Shown: piece by piece, positions 52,315 to 64,000 of the stretch
How positions within the stretch are numbered: position 1 is the stretch's first letter
How the letters are laid out: each line of letters begins with the position of its first letter
Assembly: GCA_951406725.2 (NCBI GenBank)
Contig: OX597814.1
Span: forward strand, 21,948,001-22,012,000
From: Octopus vulgaris
Lineage: Eukaryota
Length of the DNA stretch: 64,000 nucleotides
Direction of reading: 5' to 3'
Notes under the pieces: generated by a model
The model's database searches: none
What the model was told of the DNA's origin: nothing
The model's input: the letters and a program-made list of their open reading frames with translations, nothing else
Translations under genes and position numbers: made by a program

Positions 52315-53010
52315 CTGCAAAGAGAAAAATCGGAAATTGTTTGTTCTAAACATAATAATTATTATCATCACACAGGAGGTTTTAAGCTTTAGTTGAAGCC
52401 AATCTCATTTATATCATTAGTGCCCTTGGGAAAAGAATGACTGACATGACCTTCTACAGATTTGAGATTTTGGTGTTTATGCAAGATGTTAGCTCAATAT
52501 CATTAATTCTGGCTCCGCTGTATTCTTCTTTGCCATCATCACCATTCCTTTTATCATGAATATTCTGTATTTCCAGCGTCAATTTGTACAGTAATGTCTT
52601 CCTTGATACTTCCAGTGCAAAGTCCCTCTTGGTAATGAGGATTGCTAATACCTTTAGAATTCTATAAAGACTCTTTATTTTTATTTGCTGTTCATTAATG
52701 TTTACCGTTTATTCACTGCCTCTGCCTCTTGTGTATACATTGAATAGAGACTTGCCCTACTTTTAATGAAAGATAATCTTGGAACAATAAAATTCTCTGA
52801 TACACCAACATATGCAACTTGCTAGAAAAAGCAGCCAAATTTCCTCAAATCACACCTTACTATCTGGTTCAAATTCTTTATAGTGCTCAACCAGAACTGA
52901 TCTGGAGCAAAACAACAATAGTATCAAACGATTAACCATCAATGGATCTTCACATACAGAAATCAAACATTTCAAATCGACTCACAGTCCAGATGTATTT
53001 ATATTTTTAC

Positions 53011-53106
53011 CTTCATCATATGCTTTTGTTGTTCCTTTCAAAGCTTCAAAACTAACAGCAGCTACAATGTCAGCTTGGCGGGTTATTGCTTCAGCTCTTT
53101 CCAAAG
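53011..53106 (-). CDS. HAL: HAL exon: (A)LERAEAITRQADIVAAVSFEALKGTTKAYDE
   Basis: 96 nt, phase 1/1; RQADIVAA...LKGTTKA. Confidence 0.96.
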
Positions 53107-53996
53107 CTGGAAAGAAAATAGGATTCATTATATACAAAAATACGTACGTGTGTACATACCAATGCATACATGTAATTGTGTATGTTATAAAATATTATGA
53201 TTCCATATCCAACTATAAGAAAGTTATAATCTTAATACACACAAATAATGTATACACAAACACACACACACACACACACACTATGATATACAGATAAAAA
53301 AAAACAAAAATCAACTAAGATACATCATATGTAAAACTAAGTCAAGAAATCTACCAGGTAAAATTTTAAGCATCAATCTGGACATTGCAAACATTATCAA
53401 GGCTAGTGATGCACTTAAGTTTTACATTTGAATATACAGGAAAATTAGGTGTTGCTTAAAGAGGCAAATAAAAAACAGAGATTGTATAAATATACAATCT
53501 AAATTTACATATCTAGATTAATTTATGGCTTAACAATGACACAGAATAATCTAAGAAATTGATAAATGTAGTGGCGCCGGGATTAGTAGATAAAGTCATC
53601 AAAACCTGAGAAAATTTATACTCAGTTATAGGGGACATGTCAAGGAGTTCACCAACTACCAACATCAAACACGAAACGGTCATCAACCTAAACTCCTTCC
53701 TATTCGTACATACACTCGATTGCTACACACACACACACACACACACACACGCGCGCGCATATATATATAGGGGTGGCACGTAAAAAGCATCAACTGATCG
53801 TGGCCGTTGCCAGCCTCCCCTGACACCTGTGTCGGTGGCACGTAAAATGCACCCACTACATTCACGGAGTGGTTGGCGTTAGGAAGGGCATCCAGCTGTA
53901 GAAACACTGCCTGACCTGACTGGAGCGTGGTGCAGCCTCCTGGTTTCCCAGACCTCGGTCGAACCGTCCAACCCATGCTAGCATGGAAAACGGACG

Positions 53997-54053
<57 letters not shown>

Positions 54054-54301
54054 GATGTACACATATCACAGTACATATAAACATATAAATTGTTATAAAT
54101 ATCCACATTTCTATTCTTCCATGTAAACATGTCCAGCTATGGGGAAATATTACTTGCTGGGAAAGAAGTTAAGGTTGGTATCAAGGAAGGGCATCCAGTC
54201 AGAAATCCTTGCTACAATGAATTCCATTCAAGCCATTCAAGCAAGAAAAGTAGACATTAAAATGAAGATGATAATGAAGTGTTTTAGTCATCTTAAATTA
54301 T

Positions 54302-54984
54302 AACAAGAGCACTCAGAGAGCGCAAACGTCTGCCAAGGCAACACCAACATCCTCTCAACGATTAGCGAGAGATGATTTTTAAAATGAGAATATCTGAAAT
54401 AAACTCGACTGCTTGCTTTCACAAACGAGAATACTAAAAATGAACCCGACCACTCTCAAACGGAAAAATAATCGAAATATATATATTGAGTAAGAGGTGA
54501 AGAGAGAGGAGATGAAATATTAATACAGTGAAGGAGAAGTAGTGAGAATAATAGTCATGACTGAGAGGGGGTGAGAGAAAGTAATGACAATGAGAAAGAC
54601 CAAACGAAATGGCAAAGAGAGCGTCGTATGAATGAGAAAGGAAGGGGCGATAGATGAATAACGAAGGAAGGAGTGAAAAAGCCGATAAACGGCGTTTGAT
54701 GTGTATGTGTGTTTAAAAGAGAGGTATGTTTGCGTGTGTGTGTATGTACGTGCGTGTACAAGAGAACTGTGAAATTCGACATATAAAAAAAACGGAAAAA
54801 CAATCCAGAATCCTTGTCTGATACTGGATCGATCCCAAAATCTAATGAGACCATGCCAGTCATAAGGCCAAACAGCTCTGAAAGTTTCATCCGAATTCAC
54901 CCAGTGGTTCTTGAGATATCTTGTCCACGGACAAACAAACACGACTGAAAACAATACCACTGCCTTCACTAAGACGGAGGTAAT
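54302..54984 (+). mobile_element. Helentron-associated non-autonomous element (HINE/DINE-like)
   Basis: 5' AACAAGAGCACTCAGAGAGCGCAAACGTCTGCCAAGG and 3' GACGGAGGTAA (imperfect subterminal IR); AAAGTTTCAT..AAT and (ACAA)n microsatellite near the end. Confidence 0.6.
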
Positions 54985-56375
54985 AATGATTTAATTATAT
55001 AAAACTAAAACACTTGTTTTTATAGACTTATTCTATTGCCAAGCACTTGTAACATGTATGTGAAAGCTGTCAAAGCCAAGTATGACAGTACTTAAAGTTC
55101 GGTTAGGATCAAATGGGTGTCTAACTGAAAATCTACCAAAATTCATAACTCAACTGATAGCTTGTTTATCCTAATCATTATGGCATTGACACAGGACATC
55201 AAGAATGGGCGCCAATGTTATACTGTAAGGGTAAGGCACTGCGTTTTGCATGAATCAGCGCAGTAAAAGTTCATTTTATTTTTAGAGGTTAGACGAAATA
55301 AGAGGAGTTGGGGGGGGGGGTTCCAGGTCTGCAAACAAGTTCTCCAACAAACATACAGGTTTTGTAATTTATGGTGACTTCATGAAATTTAATATAAAAT
55401 TTTAAATCATGGAATGGCATGCATTTTATGTATCACACGCATACGCACACATGTACAAACATGCACACACAAGCACGCGCACGTACACACACGCGCTCAC
55501 AGAGACAAACAAATAATCACACACAGTTTATTCCTTTTTCTTGCGTATAAATTATATATTTGTTGAAAGGAATATCATAGTAGAAAGGAATATCATTATT
55601 AGCAGAAGGGATTAGCTTTGCATGAAAGGCAGGAAAATTGTTTCGACCATTCTGATTGAAGAATCCTTTTAGCTCAGGGCTGAGCTTCAACCAAGGAAAA
55701 TTCATTGATGTAAAGGGCACTTTGCTTGTGCTTCTAAAGTGCCACTCCCTCCAATTTGCTGACATGCATTGTGCTTATAAAACCACAAAAATGCAGGAAC
55801 TAGTGGAACTAAAAAGAACATTCTCTAATATGGGGCTATATTCCAGCAAGTTGATTGGTTAATAACCAGAACACATCAGTTAGGTAGAGAACCTGGTTAT
55901 TAAAGTTGTGAGCTTTTGATCGTAGGCCTCGTTACATAATGTACACCATTTATTGAGGACTCCTTTCGTTTTTCATCGAGAAATTGTAAAATTTTAATGT
56001 GTGTGTTTGTGTTGTGTGTTAGTGTTGTGTGTTTGTGTTGTGTGCTTGTGCGTATATGCATGTGTGCGTGCGCGCGTGCGTTTGTGTGTGTGTAAGAAAG
56101 AGTGAGAGAATTTGAGTATATATGTAGAGTGAGTGAGTGTGTGAGAGAGAGAGAGATAGAGAGAGAGAGAAAAAAAGAGTGTGTGTGTGTGTAGATTTTC
56201 ACATAAATGCATGTTTTTCTGAATAATTAGAAACATAAAAACCAATGGGACTACTCTCTCAACTCCCAGAACCATTAGAACTCTCAAAAAATATTTTTGT
56301 CCCAAAAATATTTTATTGTAGTTTCCAGTGTTTTCTTTTATATTTTGAATGCTATCAAATGATTTGATGTCTTAC

Positions 56376-56427
56376 CTTCAGATCCAAGGGCAGTGATGAA
56401 CTGAGCACCATTGATCAATGCAAGTCC
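56376..56427 (-). CDS. HAL: HAL exon: GLALINGAQFITALGSE
   Basis: 52 nt, phase 0/1; EGLALING motif. Confidence 0.96.
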
Positions 56428-56695
56428 CTGAAATAAATTTACCACAAGATCATAAATCTTTGTTCCTATTCACATACATAAATACATAGATATGCAGAAA
56501 CGGTTTAACTTAAACCAATCGATTCCAAATGTCCAGTCATTAATAGAAATATCATTGACAGAGAGGATAACTCAATTAGCAATACTGTTATAAACGAAGC
56601 TTGCGTTCTCTTGGACGAGATTTTATATAAGAATGGCTTAAAATTCATGGAAGAAGGAACACTAAAACAATTTAGACCGTGTCTAATGATTAAAT

Positions 56696-56903
56696 ACTCT
56701 TTTACTCTTTTACTTGTTTCAGTCATTTGACTGTGGCCATGCTGGAGCACCGCCTTTAATCGAACAAATTGACCCTAGGACTTATTCTTTGTATCAGTCT
56801 CTTTTGCCGAACCGCTAAGGTACGGGGACGTAAACACACCAGCATCGGTTGTCAAGCGATGTTGGGGGACAAACACAGACACACAAGCATACACACACAC
56901 ACA

Positions 56904-56981
<78 letters not shown>

Positions 56982-57190
56982 CATGTATACGACGGGCTTC
57001 TTTCAGTTTCCGTCTACCAAATCCACTCACAAAGCTTTGGTCGGCCCGAGGCTATAGTAGAAGACACTTGCCCATGGTGCCACGCAGTGGGACTGAAGCC
57101 GGAACCATGTGGTTGGTAAGCAGTCTACCTACCACACAGCCACTCCTACGCCTATAGCTACTTACCACACAGCCGCTCCTACGCCTACGA
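56696..57190 (-). mobile_element. SINE family A, full-length, with tandem-duplicated ~33-nt head
   Basis: Reverse complement of family A; CTAC(C/T)TACCACACAGCC(A/G)CTCCTACGCCTA occurs twice at ~57125-57188. Confidence 0.85.
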
Positions 57191-57606
57191 ATACTTTAAA
57201 GACTCGACATTAATGATTTTTTTTTTTTGCTATGTAGTTTCCTGGTGGTATGTGCTTTCAAAATAGGCACGTTTTGTCTACTTTAACAATTTAGGTGCTA
57301 GTGTAACAAAGTTTACTCAAATCGGTGTTATCAAATGTTATCCCTCTGCCTCGAAACCTCAACTTGTCAATCTCCTGAAATTTTTGGGAATATATGATAA
57401 TAATAATATAGCTGACTATAATTTAGATATCGTTATGCACGCTTGGAAGCCACCACTCTTCGATAATAATTCTGCCTAAGTTGAAAAAGGTCAAACCCCT
57501 CAAGTTATTTCTTTGGCAGTATGTGGTCTTTGAAAGCGTAGAGATAAATGAACTTGATGGTTAACACATGCATACATAATACATACATACATGTGCATAT
57601 ACACAC

Positions 57607-57836
<230 letters not shown>

Positions 57837-57930
57837 ATATCTTGCTATCGAATGTATAAACATCTTCAAAAGCACACATTGTCTGTTATATGAATAGATA
57901 ATATATAAAATTAAGTTAGTTTGACCTTAC

Positions 57931-57978
57931 CTCTTTAGGACCAAGTTTAATTGGTTGCAGATTGTAAGTTTTTAACAC
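57931..57978 (-). CDS. HAL: HAL exon: VLKTYNLQPIKLGPKE
   Basis: 48 nt, phase 0/0, tttttcag / gtaagg. Confidence 0.93.
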
Positions 57979-58091
57979 CTGAAAAATAATTTCATAGCTC
58001 ATTAGTACGAGTCACGAATAATCGACCCATTTGATAAAAATTCCAAAATTTGAAAATAGAATTAACAGAACAAAAGTCGGTGAGTACTTAC

Positions 58092-58231
58092 ATCTTTTGC
58101 GTCGGCCCATCCAGTCCTTGGACTCCACATGGTACCTTCACCCATCATCCCTAATGCAAGGTGAGATAAGGGTGCCAAATCTCCACTTGCCCCAACAGTT
58201 CCTTTTTCCGGAACCCATGGCAAAAGGGAAT
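58092..58231 (-). CDS. HAL: HAL exon with MIO triad: (N)[46 protein letters not shown]
   Basis: 140 nt, phase 1/0; [12 protein letters not shown] is the HAL/PAL MIO signature. Confidence 0.98.
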
Positions 58232-59019
58232 CTAATAAACAAAAACATGGATTAAATAACTAGAAATGTAAATTACAATCTCTGGTGCATTGTATTCTTC
58301 CACTTCTGTTTCTTCAACTGCTCCTACAATGATTCTTGCTCTTTTGAAGTAACCAGCTATGCATGACTCCGGTTAGAGTTTAAGCAGAGTTTTCTGCTTC
58401 TCTACCTTACCTTTTCCAGTAAATCTTGACCATCACTCAATATTTCTTTGTAAATAATGCAACTGGAAATTCCCTCCCTACCCATGTCTCCTCAGGCAAC
58501 AATGTCAAAAGTTCAAGCAAAGAGAACCAACAAACGCTGATAATACTGACCTATTTCCTCAGACTAAACTGTAATTTCTAACTTTGTCATAGAGACACAA
58601 ATTTAAGAAATAGGTTGTTAACCATGGGGATGAGTGAAAAGCGGTGAACATTGCTAGGATTTGAATACAATAATATATGGGATATTTATTACAAGTCATT
58701 TAGTTCATCACCATACTGTATTTTCCCGTTTGTTCTTTCTGAGACACTCGAATTTTTCAAAAGCTATTCAACAATAATGCCGTACACGAGTAGACGATTT
58801 TAATAGTGTTGTCGAGGGCGTGTTTGTATTTGAACAATCAATACAAGAGAAAGCTTTCTGCAAAAGCCAAACATTATGATTATCTAAATTTGGACTCAAT
58901 AAACAAAGCAGACCTGCTCAGCTTAGAAATCAAAGAGGATCATGTTACTTCTAAAAGCCTGAGACTTCCTCAAAGTAAATTTATCTTCTAGATATTTTAT
59001 TTACAAATATGAATCAAGA

Positions 59020-59050
<31 letters not shown>

Positions 59051-59137
59051 TGTATGTATGTATGTATGTATGTATGTATGTATGTATGTATGTATGTATG
59101 CATGTATGCATGTATGCATGTATGTATGTATGTATGT

Positions 59138-59930
59138 CAGGTCACTTTCGAGTGCTACTGGTAACATGTAACTCAGTACAACCTGTTGCATGGTCGGGTC
59201 GTCGGCGGCTAAACAGGCAAACCCCACCAAGCTTGCTTGGTGAGGAGGGTGTTTATTGGACACCCTGCGAGATGAAAAACAAAACCCATCAAAGGGCGGA
59301 GGAACTCTTGAGAGTCAACGGCCATCCAATAAATGTCTTAAGGCTGTATCATGCGCGGGAACATAGAAATAATCGGACTGAATACCCGACCGCGCGGTTA
59401 AACCATTGGGAGTGAAGGACTCCTAGCCTTTGTTAGGGCATCCTTCTAGGAGAAGGTAATTCAGGTAACTGGGATAACTCCAACATAAAACCTGCGGCTC
59501 AGTGGTTACCGATGATGTTGACTTGTTCTCCTTTTCGGATTATGGCTGCTGTTGCTTAGAGAGTGGGAGTGACTCAGCACACAGCCTTTCCTCACTTTAA
59601 AAAAAAAATCTTGCACAGGCATTGCACGATAACAACATTGATTAAGCTTCGTGCAATGGCCATACTCGATAACAAGGGGGCAGCCACCAAGTATGTATGT
59701 ATGTATGTATGTATGTATGTATGTATGTATGTATGTATGTATGTATGTATGTATGTATGTATGTGTTAGGTCATTCTTCTGTCTACCGGTAACATGTAAT
59801 CCAGTACAACTAGTTGCAGGGTCAAACCAAGTATTGTTGGTAAGGAGGAGAGTTTTTGTTTGGACACCCAGCAGGACGAAAATGAAATCCTGTCAAAGGG
59901 CAGATGAACTCAGTTGAGTCAACATACATT
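59138..59930 (+). mobile_element. Non-coding retroposon unit (59138-59690) between (TATG)n arrays, followed by an older partial copy (~59767-59930)
   Basis: Both copies start AGGTCA...AC(T/C)GGTAACATGTAA..CAGTACAAC; GGGCA..CTAGGAGAAGG resembles an RTE 5' UTR motif; perfect 10-bp hairpin at 59620-59658. Confidence 0.65.
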
Positions 59931-60158
59931 CAACAACCCTGGTCTTTGCTTATACATTTCTCTGGAAGGAAATTCCAAAATAACACCCTCCTCATTGCGA
60001 AACCGGAGATCTTGCACGTACTTGTTCCTGGACTACTTGGTTATGCAGGGCAGAATCTTTAGCGGCGTTGGGCAAAATGTTATTGACTTTAAAGTTCAAC
60101 ACAAGTGTTGTTGAGAGCCATTGTCTTTAGTAGGATAATAATATGAATGTATACTTAC

Positions 60159-60284
60159 TATTGAATGCGTTGACATATTTCTTGAGATTTTCGAGAGAAA
60201 TACCGCTGTATCCTTTAGCAAGAACATTAATCCTCAAGGCCAACAGCATCCTGATTCTTTCAAGTGTTATAGACTCACCAACAC
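60159..60284 (-). CDS. HAL: HAL exon: (G)[41 protein letters not shown]
   Basis: 126 nt, phase 1/1; [17 protein letters not shown]. Confidence 0.97.
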
Positions 60285-61142
60285 CTACAGTAAAGGATAG
60301 TATGTTTTAAAAAGACGTCTTATTATTATTTGTTAAATACATTGTCACGTGTATATGTAGCCGCATAATTGTCTCTAACATAAAGCAGTTATCTTTATTT
60401 AACGTCTGACTTCCATGCAGTCTTGGATTGGATGGTTTGTTAGAGCCTGTAAGTCAGAGGACTTCATCCATGCACCAGTGTCTACTTTGGCCCGATTTCT
60501 ACGGTTGATGCTCTTCCTAACACCAACTATTTTCAGAATGCTCCTAATGCTATTTTTGCGGCACCATCACTAGCGATGATCGCATCATAATTTTAAAAGT
60601 TAAGGGTTTAAAGAGGCCCATATAACTGGGAGAGGACAGAAGAAAGAGTGAGATATGCGGAGTAAAGTAGAGGTAGGATAGGCGGTAAGTAAGAATAGAG
60701 GACGGAGAAGTAGGCAGAAAACACTGAGGAGGATACGATTAATTATAAGGATCGAGAAAAGGGGAAAGATAGAGCTGTAAAGATGTTAAAGTAGAGTTGG
60801 CTGGTACTTGTTTTATCTACTCCAGAAGAATGAAAAGCAAGGTTACTTCCAGTGGGACTTCCAGCGGGGTTTTATTTCAGGATGTAAAGAAATGCTGGCT
60901 ATTCACACCTTTCTGTATACACATAATGAATACACAAGGTAACGATGGAATCTCTGTGCGATTAATAGAATTATATAAATGGCAGACAAATTGTCCTCAT
61001 ATTACATGTTAACGTCTTGAATGAAGAAAGGACCCGTTAGATAATAGAGTCCTACATAAAACCCCCGCCCTCCAAAAGAGTGGAATTACCATATGCTGAG
61101 GGGAGGGGATGACAAAGAGAAGGAGAAAAATTATTACTTTAC

Positions 61143-61180
61143 CTGCAGAGTGGGATCTGATCAAATTTTCCTGTAATTCT
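61143..61180 (-). CDS. HAL: HAL exon: ELQENLIRSHSA
   Basis: 38 nt, phase 2/1, ttccag / gtaaag; LQ.NL.RSH substrate-specificity motif. Confidence 0.95.
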
Positions 61181-61249
61181 CTGGAAATACAAAATATATT
61201 CGACCGTTGACAAAAGGCATTTTTAAAAATTAACAAACAAATGACAAAT

Positions 61250-62150
61250 GCGAGTGAATATTTTAGAAGACACGAAGAAATCTTCAAAGAAGAGTGTAAA
61301 AACTGGTGTGACGAGAAGAAGTTGCAACTGCTTTTAAGAAAGTTATCCCCTGCCGATCGCGAAAAATACTGCAACAATATTCTACCGAAGAAACCAGGTG
61401 AGTTTTGTTTCGATGAAACAGTCAATTTGTTATCGAAAATTTTCAGTGAAAGAAGTACTCATTGGCAATGTTTAAATTTAGTTAAAAAAGATGATGAAGA
61501 TTTCGTCACCTATGCAGAGAATGTGAAAAGTTCAAATTAAATTAACTCTGGATTTGTTCAAATGTTTAATTGTTGTTCAAGGCTTAACAGCAAGAAAAGA
61601 TGCTGATATATGTTCCCATATACTAACAAAATTAGAACAGGACCAAAAATTAACTCTACAGGAAGTGGCTGAAGAATGCCAGAGGATTATAAATTTAAGA
61701 GATGACGCGGAAAAATTGAAGAAGGAGATTGCTCCCAGATACATGTGTGTCGACTTGAAACGGATAATAAAAAAGAAAAACGAACGTCAAGACAAAATCC
61801 ATTCTATGGGTGCAGAGGTTTACATTTTAAAAGTAATTGTTCTTTTAAAAATCGTAAATGTTTTGATTGTGGCAAAATCGGACATGAAAGCTCACATTGT
61901 ATAGCGAAACAGAAAATAGAGTGAAACAAAAAAAAATCCTAGAAAGAACGTATTTTAAAAAAAAATTCTAAGCGAGGCTCAGAAAAAAAATTGTGTCCAT
62001 AAAAATGAATAATGTGAATATTAAGTTACAATTGGACACGGGCAGTGATATCACGATAATTAATACAGATACATGGAGAAAATAGGGAAAATCTGGATTA
62101 AAGGAAGCTTCGAAAATTGCGCAAAGTGTTTCAGGAAAAGCTTAGACACT
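61250..62150 (+). mobile_element. Ty3/Gypsy (Mag / K02A2.6-like) gag-protease remnant
   Basis: KKLQLLLRKL...ILPKKP.E..FDETV..LSKIF gag; zinc knuckle CFDCGKIGHESSHC (~61858-61899); protease LQLDTGSDITII (~62026-62061); frameshifted. Confidence 0.85.
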
Positions 62151-62159
62151 GAAGCTTAT

Positions 62160-63258
62160 TTTCGTGGACTAAGAAAGGAACCAAGTAGAACGACTCGCGC
62201 GGACAGCCCAGGTCTGTCGCTGAAGTAAACCGAGTTTAAAAACAGAAAAAAAAACAAGTGGTATATGGTCACATATGCGAAAAGTACGGCAATCAAGCGG
62301 AAGATTACGAAGTTTAAATCAGTTATAAGAGTAAGGTTACCACTGGAGAAATATTCAGAAGAAACCAAGTGATTAATTATTGACAGGGATAGATATGAGA
62401 AATTGAAAGAACTGTTCGGAAATAGTATAGACCTATTAGGGGTAGAAATTGAATTCGACGAATTGCCACCGGTCGTGGAGTTTAAAGATTTAAAGCCCTT
62501 TATGAACTGTTAAAAAGAGTAAAGTAAGCAAAAATTTTAAAAGAGAGAAAAAATAGACTTTCCCAAGAAAAAATGGAAAAAAGGAAAAGAACGATGCTAA
62601 AAGAAAAAAAAACTGTAAGAAAGAAATGTTAATTTGTATAATTTAACTGTTAAATGGTACTGCTTGAGAGCGGGTAAGGCGGCGAGCTGGCAGAATTTCG
62701 TTAGGACGGTGGGCGAAATGCTTAGCGGTATTTCGTCTGCGTTACGTTGTGAGTTCAAATTCCGCCGAGGTCGACTTTGCCTTTCATCCTTTCGGAGTCG
62801 ATAAATTAAGTACCAGTTACACATTGGGGTCGATGTAATCGACTTAATACCTATGTCTGTCCTTGTTTGTCCCCTCTGTGTTTAGCCCCTTGTGGGTAAT
62901 AAAGAAATAGGTATTTCGTCTGCCGTTACGTTCTGAGTTCAAATCCCGCCGAGGTCAACTTTGCCCTTCATCCTTTCGGGGTCGATAAATTAAGTACCAG
63001 TTACGCACTGGGGGTCGATGTAATCAACTTAATACCTATGTCTGTCCTTGTTTGTCCCCTCTGTGTTTAGCCCCTTGTGGGTAATAAAGAAATAGGTACT
63101 GCTTGAGAGCGGGGTTCAATGCAGCAATCCCACCATCATTTAATCTTTATACATGATTCATTTTTCATTCGCTTCATATTTTTGTCCCCACTGTGGTGTT
63201 CTGTCTGTCCTTGTGCTGCCCTCTCTGTGTATGAGCCTGAGTGCTTAATAGAGAAATA
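62160..63258 (+). mobile_element. 5'-truncated relative of the ORF1-only element (C-terminal coding remnant to TAA 62511-62513 plus 3' UTR), interrupted by a SINE dimer
   Basis: KWYMVTYAKSTAIKRKITKFK aligns by eye to KFYVVLFHKGGTVENEIGKMR of the 49542-50662 product; similar 3' UTR motifs. Confidence 0.5.
62675..63094 (+). mobile_element. SINE family B head-to-tail dimer (second unit 5'-truncated, from ~62911)
   Basis: 19-bp TSD GGTACTGCTTGAGAGCGGG at 62656-62674 and 63095-63113. Confidence 0.92.
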
Positions 63259-64000
63259 TAGAGAGCGCTTGGTAGTCTCACAAGTACGTCGTGTGAACAC
63301 ATTGATTAACTTCCATTTCGTTAAGTTATATATCCAACGTGTGTTAAGGATATGAAATATATGTACGTGTGTATATCATATATATATATATTATAATAAA
63401 AGCCACAAAGTGTCTTGTGAAATACATTTACCATGGGTTTCCTGACCGAAATATTAATTCATTTCGTCATTTATCATGTTGGTAAAAACAAGGCAGTTTA
63501 GTAACTGTATTCGATGCAATTGAGGTTTGAATGAGCACACGTATTTAGAAAAAGGCGGAGAGCAATTAAGGGGTGATAAATAACTACATAGAAGATATAA
63601 CCAGTATTTTACGAGTGTTAAAAAAATGACATAAACCAATACCAATACTGAAATGGATTATCGGGAATCTGCTGGTTTATTCTTAATCCTGTATTTACCT
63701 GCATCCGTATCACTTTCGTGCATCCAGTATTTTTGTTATTTCTTGTAACTGTGTTGAAAAAATGCGCCTTTCAAAGTGGGAGCTAATATCCCAGTTATTG
63801 GTCCAACATAGACTACTTTGGCTATCTATTTTACTGTTACTTCCTGGCTTTCTGGCAACATAACAATAAATAATCTTCTCTTGATATGCATACAGAAATA
63901 CATTCGATGATCTGTTGCAGAAGTGTTGTACAACTCTGGTTGCGAAAGGATGTGCCGCTCAGGTAACTGGGATTTGAGCAAACCGAAAAGATGCTACCAT

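Noticed and set aside
59170-59270. HDV-like (CGGCTAA-ACAGG / CCTGT) or twister (GAGGAGGG) ribozyme
   Set aside because: Could not build P1/P3/P4 of HDV or the GGUCCCAAGCCC loop of twister; left as an open question in findings
60208-60216. GTATCCTTT on + strand as a third U12 donor
   Set aside because: It is the antisense of HAL codons (AAA GGA TAC); no + strand gene there
63400-64000. Next upstream HAL exon (VYG.TTGFG) or transposase fragment
   Set aside because: No TTGFG-type motif found; frames have multiple stops and I cannot assign a family

Overview
AT-rich, intron- and repeat-dense eukaryotic DNA. The SINE families and microsatellite load point to an octopus (coleoid cephalopod) genome; this is inference. 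Two genes converge tail-to-tail. (1) + strand: the last four coding exons (2426-15245) of a K-Cl cotransporter (SLC12A4-7/KCC type), plus a candidate 15-nt microexon at 5681-5695 and probably a ~9 kb 3' UTR. (2) - strand: 16 coding exons (61180 down to 30270; about 449 codons, phases consistent throughout) of histidine ammonia-lyase (HAL) with the MIO-forming Ala-Ser-Gly; its 5' exons lie beyond the window. Each gene contains a minor-spliceosome (U12) GT-AG intron. Introns hold tRNA-derived SINEs, RTE, Penelope (GIY-YIG plus minimal hammerhead motifs), mariner, Gypsy, hAT-MITE and Helentron-type remnants. The most unusual object is a ~2 kb, TSD-flanked, ORF1-only non-LTR retroelement (zinc knuckle, no ORF2) at 48967-50948. 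A distant relative lies at ~62160-63258, and both appear to share a 3' tail with one of the SINE families. Most ORFs in the supplied track are microsatellite artefacts. No database search was possible; family names come from motifs recognised by eye, and repeat boundaries are approximate unless TSDs/TIRs are given.
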